A stretch of 64,000 bases of DNA from Paraspadella gotoi (Eukaryota > Animalia > Chaetognatha), in assembly GCA_051294375.1 (NCBI GenBank), contig CM119266.1, positions 578,837 to 642,836 on the forward strand, read 5' to 3'. The notes under the pieces are model-generated. The model was not told the origin of the DNA and did not search any database. It worked only from the letters and a program-made list of their open reading frames with translations. Positions within the stretch are counted from its first letter, which is position 1; each line of letters opens with the position of its first letter. This document shows, piece by piece, positions 53,193-64,000 of this stretch. Both the position numbers and the translations under genes were made by a program.

Positions 53193-54897
53193 TACAAAAC
53201 AATTTTTTAGATATAATTGTGGGTTCACTAATGTAAAAAACGATGCCGCGAACAGGGCGCGGACCCGGGTCCTTTGGGTAGAGAATAGCTCACGCTACGT
53301 GCGGCGCCATAAGTACTGCTGATATCTTTAACGGTAAAAGGGCTGTAGAGCTTCTCTCTCTCTCTCTCTTTTAATTATTATAATATCGCTCTTTCCTTTC
53401 TCTTTTTCTCTGCAGCGGCTGTCTCCTCTCTCTCTCTTTTTTCTCTCTCTCCTCTGTCTCTCTGTCTCTCTTGGTTGTGTCTGTCCCTATCTGTCCGATC
53501 TTTTGCGTGATCGTTTGTTTTTTGAAAAATTTTGATTATTTTTTCCTCTCTAAAAACTTTTTATTATTGCCATTTTATTCCGCGCTTTTTTTCAATACAA
53601 AAATCCCATATTTTCATCCGAGAATTTTCGTGGATTTATTTCTCTTTTCTTTCTCTCTTCTCTCTCCTCTCTCTCTCTTTCTCTCTCTCTCTCTCTTTCT
53701 TTCTCTTCTCTCTTTCTCTCTCTCGTGAGACTCATTATTTTTTTCATTTAAACTCATTTCCACTGGTAGTCGTGACGTTTCCACCTGAAACTTTATATAT
53801 CAAGCTTCGTCATACGTTCCCTACCCCACACACAAATTTCAACTCAATCTATCCATCCAATTTATGAATTAATTAAGATATTTATTGGTTAAAATAAGTA
53901 TAAAAGATTTAGTAAATTCGACTTATGTTTTTTCCATTTTTTAAACTAATTTCCACTCACCACATATCCAGCTTTATCCACACTTTCCCTACCCACACAC
54001 AAAAATTTAATTCCAATCCAACCAGCAATCACGAGTTATTGGGAGCTTTTTGCTAAGATGGGACGATGGACGGATTGATTGACTAATTAATTAATTATTG
54101 ATTAATTTATTTTCTAATTGATTAATTAACTGATTAATTATTTGATTTATTAATACATTCCTGCAGATACATTTAATATAAAAGGAAAAAAGAAGCATAA
54201 TCAATTAGTAAAACAGGTTTCTTTTTTGTTTTTTTCATTAAACTCATTTCCCTCAAACTATTCATTCGAAACTTGATTTCCTGTTCAATCACACACTTTC
54301 CTACCCACATACAAAATTCCAGGTCAATCAGCCCATCCACTCATGAGCAATTGGTGTTCAAATAGTGAATATATTTTTTTTTGTTTTTTCCATTTAAACT
54401 CATTTCCACTCGGACGGATTCCATCGAAACCTTAATATCCACTCAATCACACCACTTTACCTATCCACACACAAAATTTCATTTTAATCCATTCTCAATC
54501 ACGAGTAATTTTGTGTTTTTGCTAAGGTGGGAAGGACGGGGACGGACGACGGACGACGGACGGACGGGACGGCGGGGACGGACGACGGACGGACGGACGA
54601 CGGACGGACGGACCGGACGACGGAACGGACGGAACGGGAACGGACGGACGGACGGACGGACGGACGCGGACGGCCGACGGACGCAGAGACAACGGACGGA
54701 ACGAGACCATACGATAACGGCCGGACGGACATCATTTTTTTTTGCATAATTTATCTATAATTTCGATGTTCTGACATGATATAAGTGTTTGCCGCCAACA
54801 ATTAATTTGAGGGGGGCGGACCGACGGACTCGGAAAAAGTGAGTTATAAAAGTGAGTTATAGAGTCGGATCTGCTGATAAGCAGATCCGACTAAAAA
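52631..54897 (-). mobile_element. Non-autonomous Helentron-associated element (HINE, DINE-1/pearl-like architecture)
   Basis: Sub-terminal repeat GTCGGATCTGC (52652-52662) is inverted relative to GCAGATCCGAC (54881-54891), which is one arm of a 13-bp hairpin AGTCGGATCTGCT-GATA-AGCAGATCCGACT. A small hairpin GTTTG-AG-CAAAC sits at the other end. There is a (GGAC)n tract at 54533-54730, internal degenerate tandem units starting TAAACTCATTTCC, and both ends lie in A/T runs. Confidence 0.65.
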
Positions 54898-55336
54898 GAA
54901 TTTAAAAACAATGAGTTAGAAAATGAAACCCGATTTGAAAAGCCATTGTCAAGGCATATCTTAACTGATCAATATAAAATTTTAACACATAAATATTTTT
55001 AGTATTTTCTACTCAATTAATTTTTAAAATCAATGAAATAACCACTGGTTTGCAAATGACAGCATATTTCTATCGGCGCTTGTAAAAATGTCACCATGTA
55101 CATTAAATTCTTTGTTTCCTTTTTTATTTTCGGTTAGAGGGAGAGCGAGAGGTTTCCTCGAAAGACGAGAGCAATAAATGATGAAAAAAGGGAAATTCCG
55201 TTTCTAAATAAAATAAATAAAATTTGGGGTAAATTGGCTCTAAAAACACGACAGAGTGAGAGAGAGANNNNNNNNNNNNNNNNNNNNNNNNNNNNNNNNN
55301 NNNNNNNNNNNNNNNNNNNNNNNNNNNNNNNNNNNN

Positions 55337-55372
<36 letters not shown>

Positions 55373-55547
55373 AACCCGTAATATTGTGAAGGGCACAAAC
55401 CACGAAGTTTTGCCTTCTCTCGTCGCCAAAAAGTTAATTAAAACGACATTTACTCGTTTCTGCTTTCGTCTCCTGTTTAAACTTTGTTTTTTGTTGTCGT
55501 AGAAACTCGTTTTAGTTGTCGTTATTTCTTTGTCGTGGTTGTAGGGC

Positions 55548-55583
<36 letters not shown>

Positions 55584-55588
55584 CCTCT

Positions 55589-55614
<26 letters not shown>

Positions 55615-55623
<9 letters not shown>

Positions 55624-56050
55624 AAGAGCCCTTCTTTCAGCCTTTAGGGGAAAAAAACGTTCTTGCGCTGAGTTCAGCAAAATTGAATAATAAAAGTCAC
55701 AGAATCTAAAACCCAAGAGATAAGGAAGGGAGGAAAGGGAGGAAAGAGAGGAAAGGGAAGGAAAGGGAGGAAAGGGAGGAAAGGGTGGAAAGGGAGGAAA
55801 GGAAGGAAAGATTTATATTGGAAATAGAGAAAGGAAGATGAGAGAAAATATAAAAAAAGAGGAAAGAAGGAAAAGATAAATTTTATTAATTTAAAAAAGA
55901 TGGGAATGGGTAAATAAAAGAAAAGAAAAAAAAAGAAGATTTAATAGGAAATATTAAATTTGAAGGATGCGATAAAAAAAAAGACAAAATTAAGGACGAT
56001 AGAGTGCAGTAAAAGAAAGGTTAAACAGGTCTGATAGATTTAGAAATAGA
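55615..56050 (-). repeat. Inverted copy of 36650-37130
   Basis: GACAAGAGCCCTTCTTT(G)CAGCCTTTAGGGGAAAAAAACGTTCTTG is the reverse complement of 37077-37123, and similarity continues for about 450 bp with deletions. Confidence 0.8.
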
Positions 56051-56494
56051 CCTGAGAGAGAAGTAGAATGAGAGAAAAGTTGAGAGAGAGATAAAAAAAG
56101 AAAAAGAAAGTGAATCTTTTTTCGTTGGATGATTTTGTGATTAACGGGAAGAAAAATATTTGAAGCGAAAGATGGAAGAAGAAGAGAGGAGAGGAAAAAG
56201 AAAAGTAGAGAGAAGGGAAAAGAGAGGAAAGAAGAAAAGTAAAAGATTGGAAAAATAGAAGTGGATGGAAGATAAAATATAAGAGAAGAGATGACCTGAA
56301 AACTGTAAAAAAATAAGGCAAGAAGATATTTTTGTCTACGTAATTTTATGGACCTGATTGAATATTTGCAATGAATGAAGAAGGACATTCATTGCCAATG
56401 TTCAATCAGGTGCATACGTATGAAATTAAACTCTAGACAGAAATATATCTCCTTGTCTTATTTTCCATTGAACATTGGGCGAAGAAACAGACGA

Positions 56495-56588
56495 AGGAAC
56501 GAAAGGAGGAACGAAAGTAGGAACGAAAGGAGGAACGAAAGTAGGAACGAAAGTAGGAACGAAAGTAGGAACGAAAGTAGGAACGAAC
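56495..56588. repeat. 12-bp tandem repeat GGAACGAAAG(T/G)A x7-8
   Basis: Read directly. Confidence 0.9.
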
Positions 56589-56681
56589 CAATAAAAATTG
56601 AGGCTGAATCGGAGAAAATCAGGAAGATGCATTTTGCGGAAATCTGAAAGAACGACGATTTCGAGATCGAGAGAGAGAGAG

Positions 56682-56751
<70 letters not shown>

Positions 56752-57344
56752 AATTGTTTGTTTGTCAAATCGATTTTCAATGGAGACAATCGCGACTCGG
56801 AATGAAGGGATCGACAAAATCGGGAATCAAAATTCCAGGACTCATGACAAATCGGAAGGGGGGGGGGAAATTGGGAATTCAGGGAAATTCGGGCGATTCG
56901 GTGACAAAGGTTTTTCACAAATTTTTTCCCGATTGTCAAAATTTTAAAGGATTAATTTGAAGAGGATCGCGGCGAATGGCCGCGTGCTCAAACGTGCAGA
57001 TAAATTCACACGCAATACTCTAGCGTGCAATACCCGCGCACGCAAACGACGAATCTTTACATTTTTAATCCACACGTCGTTCATAATTTATCCTCGCATG
57101 AATTATCCCTTTCTTCTCACGCGCGGCGTGAAAGTCACAACTCCTGGCTTCACTTCTTCGCGTCGTTCGTCCTTCACTGAATTTAACCATTTTGTTCAAG
57201 AATGTACAAACTTGTTAAATCATTCGTTCATTATTTGTCCTAAAATTCGTTCATCCTTTTTAAATTGAATTCGTTTTATGCTACCTTCATTCATGAGCCA
57301 ATCGCCTTTTGTTCATTCTTCCTTCGTCCTTCATACATTCATAA

Positions 57345-57378
<34 letters not shown>

Positions 57379-57736
57379 TCCCATCACTTTTCAATCATAA
57401 ATGCGACCCTACATCGATTTGCGTCCTCCCGCGAGACGAAAAGGGATAGAGTATTGGGGGCAGAGTGAGGGGTGGGGACAGCGAGAGGAAAACGCCGACT
57501 CCGTTCAACTTATGTTCTCCCCTCTGCCCCCCCCCTCCCCCCCCCTCCAAAACTTTTAAATATGTAAAGGAGAAGAGAAACGCGCCTTCCAAGAAGCGTC
57601 GCTTCTCATCTCATAGTTTTTCACTTTCCCGCCTTTCAAGTCTTAGATCTTAATATAAATTTGAAGAGACAGTAATTATTGTTATATTCTGGTGATCCTA
57701 TCACCACAGATGGATTAAAGCTGTTTCTTTCGCAGC

Positions 57737-57905
57737 GCCTCAGTGGCTCAGTGGACTAATGCACCATCCCAATATGCGTCCCTGGTTCGAGCCCTGAGGT
57801 TGTCATGGGCCTACTGTCAGATCCAAAGCTCTGCACTACATGAACATGCTGTCTCGCTGTCGCCACGAGGTGACACCGCTGCGTGGTGTGGCGCCCTGTA
57901 AAACC
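57737..57905 (+). mobile_element. tRNA-derived SINE
   Basis: Pol III A box TGGCTCAGTGG (57744-57754), B box GGTTCGAGCCC (57784-57794), acceptor-like pairing GCCTCAG/CTGAGGT, no proper anticodon arm, then a ~105-bp tRNA-unrelated GC-rich body. A noisy mirror copy lies at ~61630-61805. Confidence 0.65.
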
Positions 57906-58227
57906 GACAGCCTCTTCAAATATGTTAATGAAGTTAACGTTTCAATATAAGCAGTCGCTGAGCGCTTCAGATCAAGCTGTAACACCGTGTTACAGGCCGG
58001 GTTTAAGCGCCCCGTTCCCTCTTAACGCTAGGCGACCACCTGGCTAGAACCCGCCGGACCTTTGGGTGGGACGAATTACTTGCCTCTGCACATGGCCGCT
58101 GATGAACGGTTGGTGGATTTTAGTCCACCATAAAATTTTCAAATTTAGTTCTTATCTCCGTTTTACCTCCTCTGTCCTTTTGGGGCTCTTTGTATTGACC
58201 TATTAATGGATGGAAAATATATCATAG

Positions 58228-58383
58228 GACATATGACATATGACATATGACATATGACATATGACATAGTGTAGTGACTCAAAAAAGACGACGACGACGA
58301 CGAACCGACGACGATGACCACTGGTGAATCTCACTGGTGAATCTCACTGGTGAATCTCACGATGACCACTGGTGAATCTCACC
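58228..58383. repeat. Short tandem repeats (GACATAT)n, (GAC)n and (CACTGGTGAATCT)x4
   Basis: Read directly. Confidence 0.85.
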
Positions 58384-59376
58384 GCTCAACCGTTAAGACT
58401 TTAGTCTGCTGGGCTATAAATTGTTTTCACTTTCACTTTAGACATCATACTTAGATCTCTCGCTTTTAAAACCCTCAATTAATTAACATTAAAAAAAGTT
58501 TTAGCTCCTCTAATCCATTGACAGCTCCTCTCCATAACTTCTCTCTCCTCTCCTTTTCTCCACTCCACTCCGCTCAAATCAGGATTAACGCTGGAGCATT
58601 TCGGAAGCGACGCTGCTTCCTCCTTTATCCATTCCTTCCTGAGCTTACAATCCCCGATCTCATGTTTTTAAAATCCTTCCCTCCTCTCATAATCCTAATC
58701 CTAATCTCACTATTCTCAACTTAATCTCTATATTCTCACTTATTGGACTACTCTAATCCTAATCTCACTACTTTTTCTCGTCATTCTAAACCTAATCTCT
58801 ATATTCTTCCTTATTTCACTATTCTGATCCTATTCTCACTATTTTAATCTCTCACTTTCACTCCACTTTTTTCACATCGACTCTTCACTAAAATGCTACA
58901 ATGAATTCTCCACTGAGATCTTCCTCTTCTTGCAACATCCACCATCGGAAGTAGATGAGATTCGACGCAGTTTCAGCGCCATTTTTTCCGTCGTCGTCGT
59001 CGTCGTCTTCGTCATCAACGTTCAAATCTTCGTCTTAATCATCATTAGATCGTCCTTGTCAGCATCATTGTCATCATCATTGTCATCGACTTTATCTCTT
59101 CATCGTTGTCTGTTAAAAAACACCATCGTCGTTATTTTCGTCATTTCCATCGTCGTCGTCGTCGTCGTCGTCGTTGACCCGGTCGTCGGTTAAATATCTA
59201 AACGCGCGCGATTCCCTCGCGCACGTAACGGCGGAAGTCACACGCGTGCGTACATGCGTGCATGCGTGCCGTTCATGCGAGAACCAAACAGAAAATCGAA
59301 CCTTCGTTCGNNNNNNNNNNNNNNNNNNNNNNNNNTAGGGGAGAGAGAGAGAGAGAGAGAGAGAAGGAGAGAGAGA

Positions 59377-59409
<33 letters not shown>

Positions 59410-62400
59410 CAGGAGATTGAGAGATGAGAGATGAATTAAATAAGAACATAATCTCAGACTGTCAAACGTAAACAAAAAAGGAAACGGAGAGAAAGAACGG
59501 TCACGAACGAAGGTTCGATTTTCTGTTTGGTTTCGCATGAACGGCGACGCGATGGCACGCATGTGACGCACGCGGTGGTGATTTCCGCCGTTACGTGCGT
59601 GCGAGGGAAATCGCGCTGCGCGTTTAGATATTTAAGGACGACCTGGCGGGTCAAACGACGTTTACGGACGACGCATATGAAATGCGAAAATAACGGACGA
59701 TGGTGTTTTTTTAAAACAGACAACGTGAAATGAGATAAGTCGTGACAATGATGATGACAATTATGCTTGACAAGGACGATCTAATGATGATTTAAGACGA
59801 GATTTGAACGTTGATGACGTTAAGACTTGACGGACGACGTAACTGGAAAAAATGGCGCTGAAAATGCTTGCGTCGAAATCTCAATGCTACTTCGCGATGG
59901 TGGATGTTGCATAGAGAGAGGAAGATCTTCAGTGGAGAATTCATTGTAGCAATTTTAGTGTAAGAGGTCGATTGTGAAAGGACAGTGGGAGGTGAAAGTG
60001 ACGAGATTTAAAATAGCTGAGAATAGGATCAGAATAGTAAACTAAGGAAGAATATAGTAGGATTTGAGGTTTCTATGAGTACTCTGACCGATGAAAAAGT
60101 GTGAGATTTAGGAGGTTAGAGTAGTCCAATAATTACGCTGAGAATTCACTCTAGAGATGTAAGTTGAGAATTGTTGCGAGATTTGTATGGATATTCAGAA
60201 GTATCAGAGAGGAGGGAAGGGACTTTAATAAGCACAAATGCAGATCGTCGTGCATTTCTGCTCATCTCTAAGCCTCTCAGTGCAAGTAAGCAAAATGAAG
60301 ACTTGGATGTATGGTTATATTCATAGGAGGAGCAGCGGGGTCGTCTTTCGGACTGGCAAATGTGAACTAGACGATAGTACCAAGTACGCTTATTTAAATG
60401 CATGGCAGGCGATCGGCCTGTTTCCGCCCTTCTTGAGTTTGAGCGGAGCTGTTGGGAGTGGAGAAAAGGCCAGGTCATAAAGAAGAGAGAAGCGCTGCCC
60501 TAGTATTGACTGATTGTAGAACTGAGATGGGGGGTTACACTTGACCATAACGTGCCGAGAAGAAAAGGAAGGCCGTGAAACGACCTCTTTTTAAATAATT
60601 AGGGTCCGTAATTGGTAGGGGTTTGTTGAAATAAAAGCCCCGGAAAGTATGTACCCTAAAGCTTATGGTTGTCTCAAAAGTGACAAAGGTTGATAGAAAA
60701 GAGTTGCACCACGATCCTTTATGATCGCCCGTGGTCAGTCCATGGACTAACAGTCAGTTTATACGGTTGAGCGGTGAGATTCACCCCCAGTGGTCATCGG
60801 CGTTGTCGCATGACAGTAGTCGCGTGTATGATGTATACCTGTTCGTGACGAAGTTGGATGTGCGCATTAGATAGATACTGACCGTCTGTGTGAGCTGTGG
60901 GGAGGGATTCATGGATGCAGGTGAAACGATAGATGCATTGTACTCTCCAACCAGTGGAGATTCGTGACCAGTGGAGATTCACGCAGTGGTCATCCGGTCG
61001 TCGGGGTTCTCGTCGGTCGTCCTTGCGTGGGTGATCTGTTAGGTGAAGAGGAGGCCATCGCAGAGCACGGCCATATGGTCTGGGGTAGTGTACAGTATGG
61101 ATCTTGGTGAGTCAGAGCGATGTCATTGGTGATATCTCGGGCTTTGATCAGTGGGTAATAGCGCTATGTTATGATGTCAATTATGTCATAATATCGATAA
61201 TATACACATAGATACATATCTGATATTATTTTCCATCCATTAATAGGAATCAATACAAAGAGCAGCCAAAGAAGGAAGAGGAGCAGTTCAAAACACGGAG
61301 AGACTAAATTGGAACTTTAATGGTGGACCTAAATCCACCACCGTGTCATACTCCAGCGAAAGGCATTGGTGCCTCGAAAAAGAGGCAAATAATTGTCGTC
61401 TTTCGCGCATACAGAACAGAGATACCTATAGAGAGAGAGATATAAGATAGCCAGTAGGGGTTTTAATAGCTTGGATTCGGACCATAAGCAGTTAAAGAGG
61501 CAGAGGGGCGCTTAAACCCAGCCTACATGTACACGGTGTATTAGCTAGGAGTAACTGCAAAGCTCCCAAGGGACTAGGCTTTAATTGAAGACGGTTCTGT
61601 CATCCAATACACCATCAATTTAGAAGAGGACTGGTTTTACAAGGGCGCCACACACGCAGGCGGTGTCACCTCAGTGCGGCGAGAACAGCGATTGTTCATT
61701 GTAGTGGCAGGAGCTTTTGGATCTGGCAGATGAGGCCCCATGACAAACATCAGGCTCGAACCAGGGACGCAGTATTGGGATGGTGCATTAGTCCACTGAG
61801 TCACTAGAACCAACGCGCGGCTGGCGAGAAGGAATAAACAGCTTTAATGGCCATCTGTGGTGATTTAGATCACCAGAATATAGACAATAATTAGCTCGTC
61901 TCTTATCAAATTTATATTAGATCTAAGACTTTGAAAGGCGGGAAAGTGCAAAGAAGCTATGGAGAATGAGCAAGCGACGCTTCTCTTGGAGGACGAAGAT
62001 TAATACTCTTCTCTCATTTCATCATACTATACAAACCAGACTTTTGGAGGGGTGGAGCAAGAGAGGAGGGGCTGGCAAGGCAGAGGGGAGAACAATATAG
62101 TTGACGGAGATCGGCGTATATTCAGAACATCTCGCTGTTCCGCCCACGCCCTCACATCTGCCCCAATACACCGCATTTTCGTCTGCGCGCAGGAACGCAA
62201 ATCGCTAGTAGGGTCAGCATTTTCATGAGTTTGAACAAGTGATGCGGAGAGAGAGATAGAGGAGAGGAGAGGAAGAGAGAGTCTATGCAATGTATTGAAG
62301 GCACAGAAGGAAGGAATGAACAACAAAGGCATTGGCTTTCCCCAGTGAATAGAAAAGGTCCGGCATAAAACGAATTCAATTTAAAAAGTGATGAACGAAA

Positions 62401-63561
62401 ATCCTTTGGACAATTATAGCAACGACATAGGATTTAGCACCCAGCTGTTGTACATTCGCTATGAAGGCGCAAATGGCTTAATTCAGTGAGGAGCGAACGA
62501 TGTGACCTGACGAAGAATGTGTAAGCCAGGAGTTTGTTTGACTCTTCACGGCCGAGGGTCGCGTGAGAAGAAAGGGATTATATTCAAATAATGGCGAGGA
62601 TATAATTGAATGAGACGACGTGGGATTGAAAAATGTAAAGACTTCGGGTCTTTTGCGGTGCGCGGGGTATTGGCACGCCTAAAGAGTATTTGGCGTGTGC
62701 AAATTTATCGTGCAGTTTGAGCAACGTGTGCGGCCGATTAGCCGCGGGCTTTGTTTACGCCGTCCGGATTCCAGATTCAAGTCGTCCATACGAGTCCATC
62801 GTTAAGAAAGAGTGGAATAGTCGACGCCTCTCGCCCGAGAACGGTGATTAAAGNNNNNNNNNNNNNNNNNNNNNNNNNNNNNNNNNNNNNNNNNNNNNNN
62901 NNNNNNNNNNNNNNNNNNNNNNNNNNNNNNNNNNNNNNNNNNNNNNNNNNNNNNNNNNNNNNNNNNNNNNNNNNNNNNNNNNNNNNNNNNNNNNNNNNNN
63001 NNNNNNNNNNNNNNNNNNNNNNNNNNNNNNNNNNNNNNNNNNNNNNNNNNNNNNNNNNNNNNNNNNNNNNNNNNNNNNNNNNNNNNNNNNNNNNNNNNNN
63101 NNNNNNNNNNNNNNNNNNNNNNNNNNNNNNNNNNNNNNNNNNNNNNNNNNNNNNNNNNNNNNNNNNNNNNNNNNNNNNNNNNNNNGAGTGAAATTAAGGG
63201 AGGAAATGGCAAGAAGGGAAGCTGATTAAAGTGATTAGGGAAGAAAGTGGCAATTGGCGGATGGTTATTAAAGTGGTTAAGGGAGGAAATGGCAAGAAGG
63301 GAAAAGTAAAGAGATCTAATCTCAAAAACGAAAGCGATTGGGATTGATTTTCGAGACTGAATTGGAAAAGAAAGAAAATAATCGAAATGAAGAAATGAAA
63401 AATTGAGGAATTGATTAATGATTATTATCATTATGGTAATAAAATGTAAATGGGGACGCTTGACGAAAGAAGGAAGTGAACGAGGATTGGATAGAGTCGA
63501 ATGACTCAGGAGAGAAGAAGTAACCTGGATCAATTTAAAAAATGGGGAGGAGAGGGGAAAA

Positions 63562-63710
63562 GGGCCAGATTTTCCAAAAGCTCACCATTTTAGCTTAAAT
63601 TCATAATTTTTTAGGTTAGGGATTAGGGTTAGGTTTTAGGATAATAAAATAAAGTTTACTAAAATAAAGTTCAGGGATTAAAAAACAGAAATGGAATTAA
63701 AATGTTTTTG
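63562..63710. mobile_element. MITE family C, second copy (source of the TTAGGG-like motifs)
   Basis: GGGCCAGATTTTCCAAAAGCTCACCATTTTAGCTTAAATTCA...TTAGGTTAGGGATTAGGG aligns to the reverse complement of 32990-33070. Confidence 0.5.
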
Positions 63711-64000
63711 GTTGATTTCGAATCGAAGTCGAAGTTTGAGTTCAAGTTGCAATATAATTTTCCCGAAGATAAGATCAGGTGGAATTAATCTCGATATCTG
63801 AGTCTCGTTGGAAATTAGAATCTTGAGCCTCAAGTTGAGGAATATATTAGAATGAGATGAAGAAAATGAAAGCTGGATTCAAATCTACATTCTACAAATG
63901 TGTTGCGCCACGTTTACTTCCCTATTAGGCGTACGGCGTACGGCGTACGGCGGTATGATAACTTGACTACACTACAATGATGCACCATTACTGTTATGGG

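Larger units (their letters stand above)
40420..55240. repeat. ~4.5-kb segment present three times: direct noisy copy 40420-45100, inverted decaying copy ~48200-51030, cleaner copy 51070-55240
   Basis: Shared landmarks, e.g. CGTTGACTTCGATTTTCTTCCTTTCGTCGTCGCTC at 40447/51086, and CACTAATGTAAAAAACGATGCCGCGAACAGG at 42618/53226 with its reverse complement at ~49015-49065. Confidence 0.9.
56960..62750. repeat. Large inverted duplication (fold-back) centred on the gap at 59311-59335
   Basis: 59505-62750 is the reverse complement of 59310-56960 with increasing insertion noise (e.g. CAGAAAATCGAACCTTCGTTCG vs CGAACGAAGGTTCGATTTTCTG; the SINE is mirrored at ~61.7k). Confidence 0.9.

Noticed and set aside
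63610-63640. Telomere
   Set aside because: Only a few degenerate units, internal, and part of MITE family C.

Overview
This is eukaryotic (animal-like) genomic DNA with short AT-rich introns, abundant (GA)n/(CT)n and (GAC)n microsatellites, several N gaps and stretches of noisy long-read sequence. The style recalls a compact-intron invertebrate such as a homoscleromorph sponge, but the taxon cannot be established from the sequence. The first 12 kb hold two spliced genes I could rebuild exon by exon: the 5' half of the ciliary coiled-coil gene CCDC146 (minus strand, running off the left edge) and a GTP-dependent PEPCK with a probable mitochondrial presequence (plus strand). The remaining ~52 kb is gene-poor. 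It contains non-autonomous mobile elements (a Helentron/HINE-like element, two MITE families, a tRNA-derived SINE, an unclassified dispersed repeat, an LTR-like unit), minisatellites, and large direct/inverted duplications that look like fold-back or assembly chimeras. The most intriguing signal is two CCA-containing 3' halves of mature tRNAs (Lys, Leu) 2.3 kb apart. One directly follows an LTR-like unit and stops at the m1G37 position, suggesting genomic capture of tRNA-extended reverse-transcription intermediates. Nearly all ORFs in the supplied track beyond 12 kb are microsatellite artefacts.
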